Of a DNA stretch of 32,000 bases, positions 1 to 8,821 are shown in pieces (position 1 is the first letter of the stretch; each line of letters starts with the position of its first letter). Source of the stretch: an uncultured Clostridia bacterium. GTDB taxonomy: Bacteria > Bacillota > Clostridia > TANB77 > CAG-508. Position numbers and translations under genes: made by a program. The DNA lies in assembly GCA_948739805.1 (NCBI GenBank), contig CAPYID010000012.1, positions 1-32,000 of the forward strand, read 5' to 3'. The notes beneath the pieces were generated by a model, which was not told the origin of the DNA, made no database searches, and saw only the letters and a list, made by a program, of their open reading frames with translations.

Positions 1-68
1 TAATACTACAAATTTTTTATAAAAGTTTGTTTCACATCATTGACATACTTACAAATATTATGTGAAAA

Positions 69-95
69 TTAGCACTCTCATATTGACAGTGCTAA
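69..95 (+). promoter_or_regulatory. CIRCE-like inverted repeat (HrcA operator) upstream of clpB
   Basis: Read directly: TTAGCACTC-N9-CAGTGCTAA. The CIRCE consensus is TTAGCACTC-N9-GAGTGCTAA, so there is one mismatch. It overlaps the predicted promoter. Confidence 0.7.
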
Positions 96-111
96 TTTTT
101 GAGTATATAAT
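83..111 (+). promoter_or_regulatory. sigma-A type promoter of clpB
   Basis: TTGACA at 83-88, a 17-nt spacer, and TATAAT at 106-111, about 60 nt upstream of the clpB ATG. Confidence 0.6.
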
Positions 112-171
112 AAAATATATTGATAAAAATACATATATAAATAGATAAAAACCATATAGGAGGTAATATAA

Positions 172-2766
172 ATGGATGTACAAAAATTTACACAAAAATC
201 ATTAGAAGCAATACAAGGAGCACAAGAATTAGCAATAGAAAATCAAAATGCCCAAATAGAGCAAGAGCATCTATTATTAGCATTATTAGAGCAAGATAAT
301 AGTTTAATAAAAGAATTACTAAAAAAGATGAAAATTGACGAAAATGCTTTTGAAAATCATGTAAAAGAAAGAGTAGAAAAGAAGCCGAAAATTACAGGTG
401 GAGCTAGACCAAACGATGGATTTTATGTATCGCAAGATGTAGACTTAGTATTAACTAAATCAGAGAAAATAGCTAAAAATATGAAAGATGAGTATGTATC
501 TGTTGAACATATTATGATTTCTTTAATGGATAATGCTAATAAAGAAGTAAAAGATTTATTCACAAAATATAATATTAATAAAAATGAATTTCTAAAGGCT
601 TTGGTAAGTGTAAGAGGAAACACAAGAGTTACATCAGATAATCCTGAGTCTACTTATGATGTATTAAAGAAATATGGTCAAGATTTAGTAGAACTTGCTC
701 GTAGCCAAAAGCTAGATCCAGTAATAGGTAGGGATAGTGAAATTAGAAATGTAATAAGAATTCTATCTAGAAAAACAAAAAACAATCCTTGCTTAATAGG
801 TGAACCAGGAGTTGGAAAAACAGCAATAGCAGAAGGATTAGCATTAAGAATTGTAAGAGGAGATGTTCCAGAAGGATTGAAGGAATGTACAATATTTTCT
901 TTAGATATGGGTGCATTAGTTGCAGGAGCAAAATATAGAGGAGAATTTGAGGAAAGATTAAAAGCAGTATTACAAGAGATTAAAAAAAGTGAAGGTAAAA
1001 TAATATTATTTATAGATGAAATCCATACAATAGTTGGTGCAGGTAAAACTGATGGAGCAATGGATGCAGGAAATTTATTAAAACCAATGTTAGCTAGAGG
1101 AGAATTACATTGCATAGGAGCAACTACTTTAAATGAATATAGACAATATATAGAAAAAGACCAAGCACTAGAAAGACGTTTTCAACCAGTTCAAGTAGAT
1201 GAACCTAATATTGAAGATACAATTTCAATATTAAGAGGATTAAAAGAAAGATATGAAGTATATCATGGAGTAAAAATTGCAGATAATGCTCTAATTGCCG
1301 CTTCAACTTTATCACATAGATATATTTCAGATAGATTTTTACCAGACAAAGCAATAGATCTTGTAGATGAGGCATGTGCATTAATTAAAACGGAAATGGA
1401 ATCAATGCCATCAGAACTAGATGAAATAGCAAGAAAGATAATGCAATTAGAAATAGAAGAAACCGCATTAAAAAAGGAAAATGATGAGATCTCAAAACAA
1501 AGATTATCTAATATTCAAAAAGAAATAGCTGAACTAAAGACAAAGTTTAATGAAATGAAAGCTAAATGGGAAAATGAAAGAGAAGCAATAGTAAAAGTTC
1601 AGAAATTAAGAGAAGAAATAGAAAAAATAAATTCTGAAATCGAAAGAGCAGAAAGATCATATGAATTAAATAAAGCAGCAGAATTAAAATATGGTAAATT
1701 ACCAGAGTTACAAAAACAGCTAAAAATAGAAGAAGAAATATCAGAAAAAAGTAAAGAAGATAGTTTATTACGAAACAAAGTTACAGAAGATGAAATTGCA
1801 AAAATTATTTCAAGATGGACAGGAATTCCAATTACTAAACTAATGGAGGGAGAAAGAGAAAAAATAATAAATTTACCAGAGATTTTGCATAAAAGAGTTA
1901 TTGGTCAAAAAGAAGCAGTAGAAAAAGTTTCAGAAGCAATAATACGTTCAAGAGCAGGTATTGGAGATCCGAAACGACCAATAGGTTCATTTATGTTTTT
2001 GGGACCAACGGGAGTAGGAAAAACAGAACTTGCAAAATCATTAGCAGAAGCCTTATTTGATGATGAACATAATATAATAAGAATAGATATGTCTGAGTAC
2101 ATGGAAAAATACTCTGTATCAAGATTAATAGGTGCACCTCCAGGATATGTAGGGTATGAAGAAGGAGGACAGTTAACAGAAGCAGTAAGAAGAAAACCAT
2201 ATTCAGTAGTTCTATTTGATGAAATTGAAAAAGCACATCCAGATGTATTTAATATATTATTACAAGTATTAGATGATGGAAGAATTACAGACTCGCAAGG
2301 AAGAACAGTAGATTTTAAAAACACTATAATAATAATTACATCTAACTTAGGTTCAGATTATATATTAGAAGGAATACAAGACAATGGTGAAATATCAGAA
2401 AAAGCAAAAGACGAAGTAGAAAAACTATTAAAATCAAACTTTAGACCAGAATTTCTAAACCGTCTTGATGAAATAGTATTTTATAAACCATTAATGAAAG
2501 ATGAAATATCAAAAATTTTAGAATTATTAATAAAAGACCTAGAAAGAAGACTTGAAGATAAACAAATAAAACTAGAATTAACACAAAATGCAAAAGATTA
2601 TCTAATAGACAATGGATATGATGAAATATATGGTGCAAGACCATTAAAAAGATTTGTACAAAAGAAATTAGAAACATTAATAGCAAAGAAGATAATAATG
2701 CAAGAAATATTACCAAATACAATGGTAATTATAGATTACAAAGACAATGAATTATTAATTAAATAG
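172..2766 (+). CDS. clpB: ATP-dependent chaperone ClpB (two AAA+ modules with a coiled-coil middle domain)
   Basis: 864-aa ORF with a Clp N-domain and two Walker A motifs (GEPGVGKT, GPTGVGKT). A long coiled-coil lies between the nucleotide-binding domains. RBS AGGAGG lies upstream. Confidence 0.95.
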   Translation: MDVQKFTQKSLEAIQGAQELAIENQNAQIEQEHLLLALLEQDNSLIKELLKKMKIDENAFENHVKERVEKKPKITGGARPNDGFYVSQDVDLVLTKSEKIAKNMKDEYVSVEHIMISLMDNANKEVKDLFTKYNINKNEFLKALVSVRGNTRVTSDNPESTYDVLKKYGQDLVELARSQKLDPVIGRDSEIRNVIRILSRKTKNNPCLIGEPGVGKTAIAEGLALRIVRGDVPEGLKECTIFSLDMGALVAGAKYRGEFEERLKAVLQEIKKSEGKIILFIDEIHTIVGAGKTDGAMDAGNLLKPMLARGELHCIGATTLNEYRQYIEKDQALERRFQPVQVDEPNIEDTISILRGLKERYEVYHGVKIADNALIAASTLSHRYISDRFLPDKAIDLVDEACALIKTEMESMPSELDEIARKIMQLEIEETALKKENDEISKQRLSNIQKEIAELKTKFNEMKAKWENEREAIVKVQKLREEIEKINSEIERAERSYELNKAAELKYGKLPELQKQLKIEEEISEKSKEDSLLRNKVTEDEIAKIISRWTGIPITKLMEGEREKIINLPEILHKRVIGQKEAVEKVSEAIIRSRAGIGDPKRPIGSFMFLGPTGVGKTELAKSLAEALFDDEHNIIRIDMSEYMEKYSVSRLIGAPPGYVGYEEGGQLTEAVRRKPYSVVLFDEIEKAHPDVFNILLQVLDDGRITDSQGRTVDFKNTIIIITSNLGSDYILEGIQDNGEISEKAKDEVEKLLKSNFRPEFLNRLDEIVFYKPLMKDEISKILELLIKDLERRLEDKQIKLELTQNAKDYLIDNGYDEIYGARPLKRFVQKKLETLIAKKIIMQEILPNTMVIIDYKDNELLIK

Positions 2767-2824
2767 ATGTATAAAAAACAACAAATTGTTCAAGATAATA
2801 GAAATAGAATTAATAGGAGAGAAC

Positions 2825-3067
2825 ATGAAAATATCTTGGATAAAATATAAAGAGGATGATAGTTTTAAATTATTTAAAAACTTAGGAATGGATGTATATG
2901 ATATAGATGATTTTGATATGATAGATAATAAGCTAAAGGAATTAGTAGATAATAATTATAAAACAATTGTATTATCAAATCAAGTAGCATCATTCTCAGA
3001 AGACATTATTAAAAAATATAAAAAATCAGATGATATAAGTATAATCATAGCACCCAATAAGAAATAA
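2825..3067 (+). CDS. small acidic protein resembling V-type ATPase subunit F (NtpG-like), with no other V-ATPase genes nearby
   Basis: I prefer the internal ATG at 2825 (RBS GGAGAG upstream) over the 2786 start in the ORF track. By eye the 80-aa product aligns with subunit F proteins (KI..., F.LF...G.DV, NY..I.L..Q.A, II.P). The family call is tentative. Confidence 0.45.
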   Translation: MKISWIKYKEDDSFKLFKNLGMDVYDIDDFDMIDNKLKELVDNNYKTIVLSNQVASFSEDIIKKYKKSDDISIIIAPNKK

Positions 3068-3146
3068 TTATTGGGTACTTTTGTATATTATTACCATTTT
3101 CTGTTAATAATATCAGTGAAAATATGTTTAATTTGGAGATGATTTT

Positions 3147-3464
3147 ATGAATAATTTAGATATGAAGAATATAATAGTACTTAAGGATTTACCATCAAAT
3201 ATTATAGATGAAGCTATAGTCATTTTAAAAGATAATAAAATCAAAAAAAGAGAAAAATCAGAAAATGAAACTGAATTTATAAATGCGAATGTTATTAGTG
3301 AAGCACAAAATGTAATTTCTGAATATATAGAAAGATTAGAAAGACCTAAAAAAGAAAGGCAAAATGAGAAAAAACTATTATTAAAATATAAAAAATTGCA
3401 GATTCTTAGTATATTACTAACAGGTGGAATGATACTTAGCTTTTTAATTAACTTTATAAAATAA
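3147..3464 (+). CDS. hypothetical protein with a Lys/Glu-rich middle region and a C-terminal transmembrane anchor
   Basis: 105-aa ORF with coding-like composition and a hydrophobic C-terminus (ILSILLTGGMILSFLINFI). I do not recognise a family. Confidence 0.5.
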   Translation: MNNLDMKNIIVLKDLPSNIIDEAIVILKDNKIKKREKSENETEFINANVISEAQNVISEYIERLERPKKERQNEKKLLLKYKKLQILSILLTGGMILSFLINFIK

Positions 3465-3532
3465 GAATAAAATTTCTTTCTATTACATATTATGAGATAG
3501 GAAAACAATAGAAAAATAGAAAGGAAATACAT

Positions 3533-4475
3533 ATGGAAAGAGTTTTAACACAGGAAGAAAGAATAAGAAGAGCAGAGGAAATATACTTAAGAAGAAGGAA
3601 TACAAGACCTCAATACAGAAGCATTAGAGAAACAACAAATACTAGGCAAAGGCAAGAACTACCTAAAATAAGAAACTTTAAACTATTTAAGAAAATGGCT
3701 TTACAAATAGTCATCTGTTTATTATTATATTGTATCTTTTATTTAATTTATGATACTAACTATTCTTTTTCAGATACAACTATAAGTAAGACTCAAGAGA
3801 TATTAAACTATGACATTAATTTTGATGAAATATATAAATATGTTAGTGAAAATATAAAAGGATTTATAGAAAAAGGGAAAAACTCAATAGGAGAAAATAG
3901 TGGTGAAAATAAATCAGAAGAAAATAATAATCAAGGAAATGAGATCAATCAAGAAAACAATGTAAATGAAAATCAATCAGATGAAAACATACCTAGTCAA
4001 ACAACTCCAGAAGAACAAGGAAATAAAGAAGAAGTACCTGTACAAGTTCAGCAAGCCTCTGTAGAGGAGCCAGATTTGAAACAACAATATTCTTTAATAA
4101 ATCCAGTTAAACGGAGGTCGTATATCATCAGAATTTGGAGAAAGAGAAGCAACATCTAAAATAGTATCAACTAATCATACTGGAATAGATATTGCTGTGC
4201 CAGAGGGAACTAGTATAGTATCAGCAATGGATGGAAAAGTAATAATAGCCACAAATTCAATTACATATGGAAATTATATAATGATAGAAAAAGGAGAACT
4301 AAGAACAGTATATGCTCACTGTAGCAAACTATTAGTAGAGGAAGGAAAGGAAATAAAGCAAGGAGAACAAATAGCCCAAGCTGGTCATACAGGAAATGCC
4401 ACAGGTTCACATCTACATTTTGAAGTAAGAATAAATAATAATAAGATAAACCCAAGATTAATACTTGATTTTTAG
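3533..4475 (+). CDS. membrane-anchored M23/LytM peptidase (SpoIVFA-like position upstream of spoIVFB); needs a +1 shift at CGG 4112-4114
   Basis: ORFs 3533-4159 and 4197-4475 are two halves of one gene. Skipping C4112 gives PVK-GGRISSEFGEREATSKIVSTNHTGIDIAVPEGT...HLHFEVR, the canonical M23 motif series (PxxGG.I[ST]S.FG.R, HxGxD, HLHFE). The N-terminus has a basic region and one TM helix. Confidence 0.85.
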
Positions 4476-4492
4476 AGAAAACGAGGTATAGT

Positions 4493-5149
4493 ATGCATAT
4501 TAAATTTGACTTAAAAGTAATATTATTCGTTTTATTTTTTTTTATATTAGGTTTTGAAAAATTATATTTACTATTTTTAATTTTTGCAATAATACATGAA
4601 CTCTCTCATATGATAATAGGAATATTGCTAGGATTTGAACCATCAAAAATACAAATAATGCCTTTTGGTGCATATATAAATTTCAAAATTGATATGAAAA
4701 GCTATAATATGAAAATATTAAAGGGTACAATTTGCGCATTAAAAAAATTATTTGTTGCTTTAGCCGGACCAATAGCAAATATAATTATAGCAATTATATT
4801 TTGTATGAAAAGTGATTATATAATTATTACTTATATCAATATATTATTAGCAATATTTAACCTATTGCCAATATATCCATTAGATGGAGGGAGAGTATTA
4901 AAACAAATCTTAATAATATTATTAGGAAGAAGAAAAGCATTAAAATATACAAATTTATTTTCCAATATATGTTTATTTATAATTCTTACTATAAGTTTAA
5001 TTTTTTGCTTTATAACTCAAAGTTTGTTTATGATATTAACATTACTTTATTTGGTACATATTAGAAAAAGAGAAGATGAGTTATATAGATTAAAAGAAAG
5101 AGCATATATAATCTTAGAAGAAAATAGAGAAGAAATAAAGGGCACATAG
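4493..5149 (+). CDS. spoIVFB: SpoIVFB-type site-2 metalloprotease (M50B), the pro-sigma-K processing enzyme family
   Basis: HELSH zinc motif inside a TM helix, plus NLLPIYPLDGG (the NxxPxxxxDG motif). The protein is polytopic and lies directly downstream of the LytM-domain gene, as in the spoIVF operon. Confidence 0.85.
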   Translation: MHIKFDLKVILFVLFFFILGFEKLYLLFLIFAIIHELSHMIIGILLGFEPSKIQIMPFGAYINFKIDMKSYNMKILKGTICALKKLFVALAGPIANIIIAIIFCMKSDYIIITYINILLAIFNLLPIYPLDGGRVLKQILIILLGRRKALKYTNLFSNICLFIILTISLIFCFITQSLFMILTLLYLVHIRKREDELYRLKERAYIILEENREEIKGT

Positions 5150-5262
5150 TGTAATATTAAAAAAGAATAAATCCAGAGTTTTATATTATGACATTTTTTA
5201 TAATCTATGACTAATATAAAAATTTTGAATAAACTATAATAAAACTATAGGAGGAAAATTTT

Positions 5263-6072
5263 ATGTTTTTTATAAATTCAAATGATAATGCAAAAATAGC
5301 AGTATATGAATTGAATCCAAATAGCGAAAAAACAATTATATTAGTACATGGTTGGCCTTTATCACATAAGATGTTTGAATATCAAATACCTATTTTATTA
5401 AATGCAAATTATAGAATTATCATGATAGACTTAAGAGGTTTTGGAAATTCAGATGTAACATATTCGGGATATAATTACAATCAATTTGCAACAGATTTAT
5501 ATTATGTTATATATTCATTAAACTTATGGAATTTTGATTTATTAGGATTTTCAATTGGAGGAGCTATAGTTACAAGATATATGAAAATTTATCAAGGATA
5601 TGGAGTTAGAAAGTTATGCTTATTGGATGCAGCTGTTCCATCTTATGTTAAATCTTATTATAATCCATATGGTCAATCAATAGAAGATACTAATAATCTA
5701 ATTAAACTTGGTTTTAATGATAGACCATCATTAAATGAATATTTCGGAGGTATATTCTTTTATAATGAACAATCAAAACCTTTTAAAGTATGGTTTCAAA
5801 ATTTAAATAATAGTGCCTCTGGATTAGGAGAAATCAATTCCTTAATAGCCTTAAGAGATAAAGATGTTTTTGATGATTTGAAATATATTCATGTACCAAC
5901 AGGTATTTTTCATGGAAAAGAAGATAAAATATGACCATTTGGAATGGCAGAAATAATGAATAGAAACATTAGAAATTCTACTTTATATCCTTTTGAAAAA
6001 GCAGGACATGGAGCTTTTTATGAAGTGAAGGATAATCTAAATAAAAATTTAATACAATTCTTAAATAATTAA
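5263..6072 (+). pseudogene. alpha/beta hydrolase (arylesterase / non-haem haloperoxidase-like) interrupted by an in-frame TGA at 5932-5934
   Basis: HGWPLS oxyanion motif, nucleophile elbow GFSIGG, then HGKEDKI-TGA-PFG...KAGHGAFYE. The catalytic His region continues in the same frame to the TAA at 6070-6072. Confidence 0.7.
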
Positions 6073-6111
6073 CTATGGTATGAACAAAAATGATAATATA
6101 GATAAAAAATG

Positions 6112-6136
6112 AGTATGTGCAAAATTTACACATACT
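6112..6136. terminator. bidirectional hairpin terminator between convergent genes
   Basis: AGTATGTG-N9-CACATACT stem-loop, flanked by an A-run upstream and a T-run downstream. Confidence 0.6.
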
Positions 6137-6141
6137 TATTT

Positions 6142-6690
6142 TTAATTAGATTTTACTTTATTTTTGATAATACCATATTGATTTGTTACTGAGTCTTTGA
6201 ATAATCCTATATTAGGGGTAAAGTAAGTAAATACAATAAAACTTATTAATATAATTGTTAGAATAACGACTGATATTATATTATTACACTTAAAATTACT
6301 AATCATAAGTTTATAAGCTAAGTATTCTCCTAATATAACAGCAACAAAAAAGGAAGCTATATCAATAAAAACAATGCTTTTTCCAATGATTCCTGTATAT
6401 GTATAGAAGAATATAATGATAAATAACATAGATACAATTATTCCAAGTGCTTTTGAACATAAAAAATTAGATACATTTTTCCACATATAAAAATAACCAA
6501 TTATTGTAGTAAGTAACATAGGGAAGAACAGTAATTTTAAATGTTCCCATACACTTTCATTAACTGCAGAAAATGCTGCTACAAAAATATTTTCTCCCAG
6601 AAACTCATATGTAAAATGTAATAAAGTTCCTAATATACATACAAATATCGCACTAATTATTTGATAATTTCTTATTTTTGTCTTATCCAT
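6142..6690 (-). CDS. polytopic integral membrane protein of unknown function
   Basis: 182-aa ORF with about 5 hydrophobic helices and RBS AGGAGG upstream on the minus strand. Family not confidently recognised. Confidence 0.6.
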   Translation of the reverse strand: MDKTKIRNYQIISAIFVCILGTLLHFTYEFLGENIFVAAFSAVNESVWEHLKLLFFPMLLTTIIGYFYMWKNVSNFLCSKALGIIVSMLFIIIFFYTYTGIIGKSIVFIDIASFFVAVILGEYLAYKLMISNFKCNNIISVVILTIILISFIVFTYFTPNIGLFKDSVTNQYGIIKNKVKSN

Positions 6691-6803
6691 ATAAATATAC
6701 CTCCTGTAATAATTTTATGAGTAAAATATTATTTGGTTACAATAAAAATCCAATAAACATATTATTTATATGAATTATTAGAATTAGTTTCGCAATTAAG
6801 AGA

Positions 6804-6826
6804 GGAGCACAGTTTAACTGTGCCCC
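6804..6826 (-). terminator. hairpin terminator downstream of cotJC
   Basis: On the minus strand: GGGGCACAG-TTAAA-CTGTGCTCC, about 35 nt after the cotJC stop codon. Confidence 0.55.
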
Positions 6827-6859
6827 TGTGTTGATAAATATTATTAAATATAATATATT

Positions 6860-7380
6860 TTATCTATTATATCCACAACCACAATTGTTATTGTTCATCA
6901 TATTATCATTAGGTAAATTTGCAGTCATATTATTTACTGTATCATTAGCAGTACTATCATTCATATTTGTCATTAGACAATTATTATTCATATAAAATTT
7001 CTTTTGAGCAAGTTTCTCTTGAACATTTCTTAATGCTTCACCAAATCTTTGGAAGTGAACAACCTCACGTTCTCTTAAAAATCTTAAAACATCTACTACA
7101 TCTGCATTATCAGCACATAAGTCAATTAATTTTTCATAAGTTGCTCTTGCTTTTTGCTCTGCAGCTAAATCTTCTTGAAGATCAGCAATAGGGTCACCTT
7201 TTACTGCAATATATGATGCTGTAAATGGTGTTCCAGCAGCAGATTGTGGATATACACCAGTTCCATGATCTGTATAATAAGGACCAAGTCCTGCTTTTTC
7301 AATTTCTCTAGGACATACACCATCTGTTAATTGGTGTACAAGAGTTCCAACCATTTCTAAGTGTGCTAATTCTTCTGTAC
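6860..7380 (-). CDS. cotJC: cotJC, 3' segment (manganese-catalase-like spore coat protein CotJC, residues from ...TEELAHLEM onward)
   Basis: TEELAHLEMVGTLVHQL...KGDPIADLQEDLAAEQKARATYEKL...LRFLREREVVHFQRF aligns with B. subtilis CotJC from DIGTEEFAHLEMI onward. The leading 17 aa of the ORF-track product (MHVFCNFCIGGFQTTAL) are element-derived read-in, not CotJC. Confidence 0.9.
7366..7380. repeat. left copy of the 15-bp direct repeat (attL core) CTAATTCTTCTGTAC
   Basis: Identical 15-mer at 7366-7380 and 11595-11609. The flanking bases differ on both sides. Confidence 0.9.
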
Positions 7381-7438
7381 ATAGAGCTGTCGTTTGAAAA
7401 CCTCCAATACAAAAATTGCAGAAAACGTGCATAATTTA

Positions 7439-7467
7439 TTGACTAAATCTCATAATAATAGTATAAT
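7439..7467 (+). promoter_or_regulatory. consensus sigma-A type promoter for the ATPase/RloB operon
   Basis: TTGACT at 7439-7444, a 17-nt spacer, and TATAAT at 7462-7467. Confidence 0.6.
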
Positions 7468-7474
7468 ATATAAT

Positions 7475-7497
7475 AATTTGCAATAAATTTGCAAATT
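7475..7497 (+). promoter_or_regulatory. operator-like repeats between the promoter and the RBS
   Basis: AATTTGCAA occurs at 7475-7483 and 7486-7494, 11 bp apart. The second copy is part of the perfect 12-bp palindrome AATTTGCAAATT (7486-7497). Confidence 0.35.
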
Positions 7498-7513
7498 ATG
7501 AAAGGAGTAAGGC

Positions 7514-8821
7514 ATGCTATTAGAATTTAAAATGAGTAATTTTAAATCTTTTAGGGAGGAAATGGATTTTAAAATGACACCAGTTTCAATAAAAGATTTA
7601 GAATATAGTTTAATAACAAAAGAAGTTAAAGGAAAAGAAATAAAAGCATTATCTTCTGCAGCCATATATGGACCAAACTCTGCTGGCAAAACTAATATAA
7701 TTGGTGGTATGGAAGTGTTCCGTTCTATAATATTAAATGGAAACATTAAGAATAAGGAGAATATTACTAGTCCTAATATAGCAGCAAATAAACTAGAATT
7801 AATACCTAATATTGATAATGATGAAAAAGAACCAGTTTCTTTTTATATAAAGTTTGTAACTCAAGATATGATTATAGAATTTAATTTATCTATGGAATTA
7901 GGAACTTTTCTTGATTCCGAATATAATAGAAAAATTATAAATGAAGAATTATATATAAATAATGATTTAATATATAAGAGAAATGATAGTTTAAAAATTG
8001 GAAAAATTGAAGTAATAAAAGATTATCTGATAGATGAATTTTCAAAAGATACAGCAGAAAGAATAGCAAGTACTAATCTAGACAATAAAGAGCTATTGTT
8101 CAATGGAATATTTAAGACTTTATATAGTAAAAGGATATTTGATATCATTTATGAATGGTTTAAAGATAAGTTTAAAATTGTATATCATACAGATATGATA
8201 CAATATTCACCAATTATATCATCAGATAATGAAAAAAATAAATATTATATTGATAAGGATTTAAATAAAGCTGTAAAAGATTTTGGGTTAACATCAAAAC
8301 AAATTGCATATCCAGTAAATGAAAATAAGGATCAAATAGAACCTTTATCAGTAATTGATTGGAAAGACGGTAGTGTGATATTACCAGCAGAAATTTTTGA
8401 ATCTTTTGGAACTATTAGATTTTTAAATATTTTTCCAATGATATTAATGACAATAGATAATGGAGCTACTTTAGTTATTGACGAATTAGATGCATCTATT
8501 CATCCTATGGCGATAATGAATATTATTAATATTTTTCATAATGATGAGATAAACATAAAAGGTGCACAATTGATTTTTAATACACATAATCCAATATTTT
8601 TAAATAACGCTTTATTGAGAAGAGATGAAATTAAATTTGTTGAAAAGGAAGAAAAAGGAAGTACACATTATTCTCTATCAGACTTTGGAACTAATGGAGA
8701 AAACGGAGTTAGAAATAAAGAGGATTATATAAAGAATTATTTTGTCAATAAATATGGAGCAATTAAAAATATTGATTTTTCTGAAATTTTTATGAATAAA
8801 TTGGAAAGGGATAATAAATGA
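7514..8821 (+). CDS. ABC/SMC-like AAA ATPase (AAA_15/AAA_21-type, OLD/AbiLi/AriA-like ATPase component)
   Basis: The N-terminus MLLEFKMSNFKSF is typical of this family. Walker A GPNSAGKT is at 7670-7693, Walker B LVIDELDASIHP follows, and the H-loop FNTHNP is present, with a roughly 270-aa insert between Walker A and B. The stop overlaps the next start (ATGA at 8818-8821). Confidence 0.8.
   Translation: MLLEFKMSNFKSFREEMDFKMTPVSIKDLEYSLITKEVKGKEIKALSSAAIYGPNSAGKTNIIGGMEVFRSIILNGNIKNKENITSPNIAANKLELIPNIDNDEKEPVSFYIKFVTQDMIIEFNLSMELGTFLDSEYNRKIINEELYINNDLIYKRNDSLKIGKIEVIKDYLIDEFSKDTAERIASTNLDNKELLFNGIFKTLYSKRIFDIIYEWFKDKFKIVYHTDMIQYSPIISSDNEKNKYYIDKDLNKAVKDFGLTSKQIAYPVNENKDQIEPLSVIDWKDGSVILPAEIFESFGTIRFLNIFPMILMTIDNGATLVIDELDASIHPMAIMNIINIFHNDEINIKGAQLIFNTHNPIFLNNALLRRDEIKFVEKEEKGSTHYSLSDFGTNGENGVRNKEDYIKNYFVNKYGAIKNIDFSEIFMNKLERDNK

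Noticed and set aside
423-2722. Several antisense or alternative-frame ORFs inside clpB (423-623, 678-1115, 1905-2324, 1991-2236, 2441-2722)
   Set aside because: They lie fully within a strongly supported conserved CDS and have Leu/Phe/Ser-rich nonsense-like composition typical of antisense frames in AT-rich DNA. None has an RBS.
5932-5934. TGA = Trp (genetic code 4) or another global stop-codon reassignment as the explanation for the hydrolase interruption
   Set aside because: All long conserved ORFs here are free of in-frame TGA and encode Trp with TGG (e.g. clpB KWENE, SRWTG). TGA also ends several genes at sensible positions, such as the ATPase/RloB ATGA overlap at 8818-8821 and the cotJA/cotJB overlap.
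7450-7746. 98-aa minus-strand ORF spanning the defence-operon promoter and the ATPase 5' end
   Set aside because: It overlaps the ATPase N-terminus (including its conserved start motif) and the promoter. It has no family resemblance.
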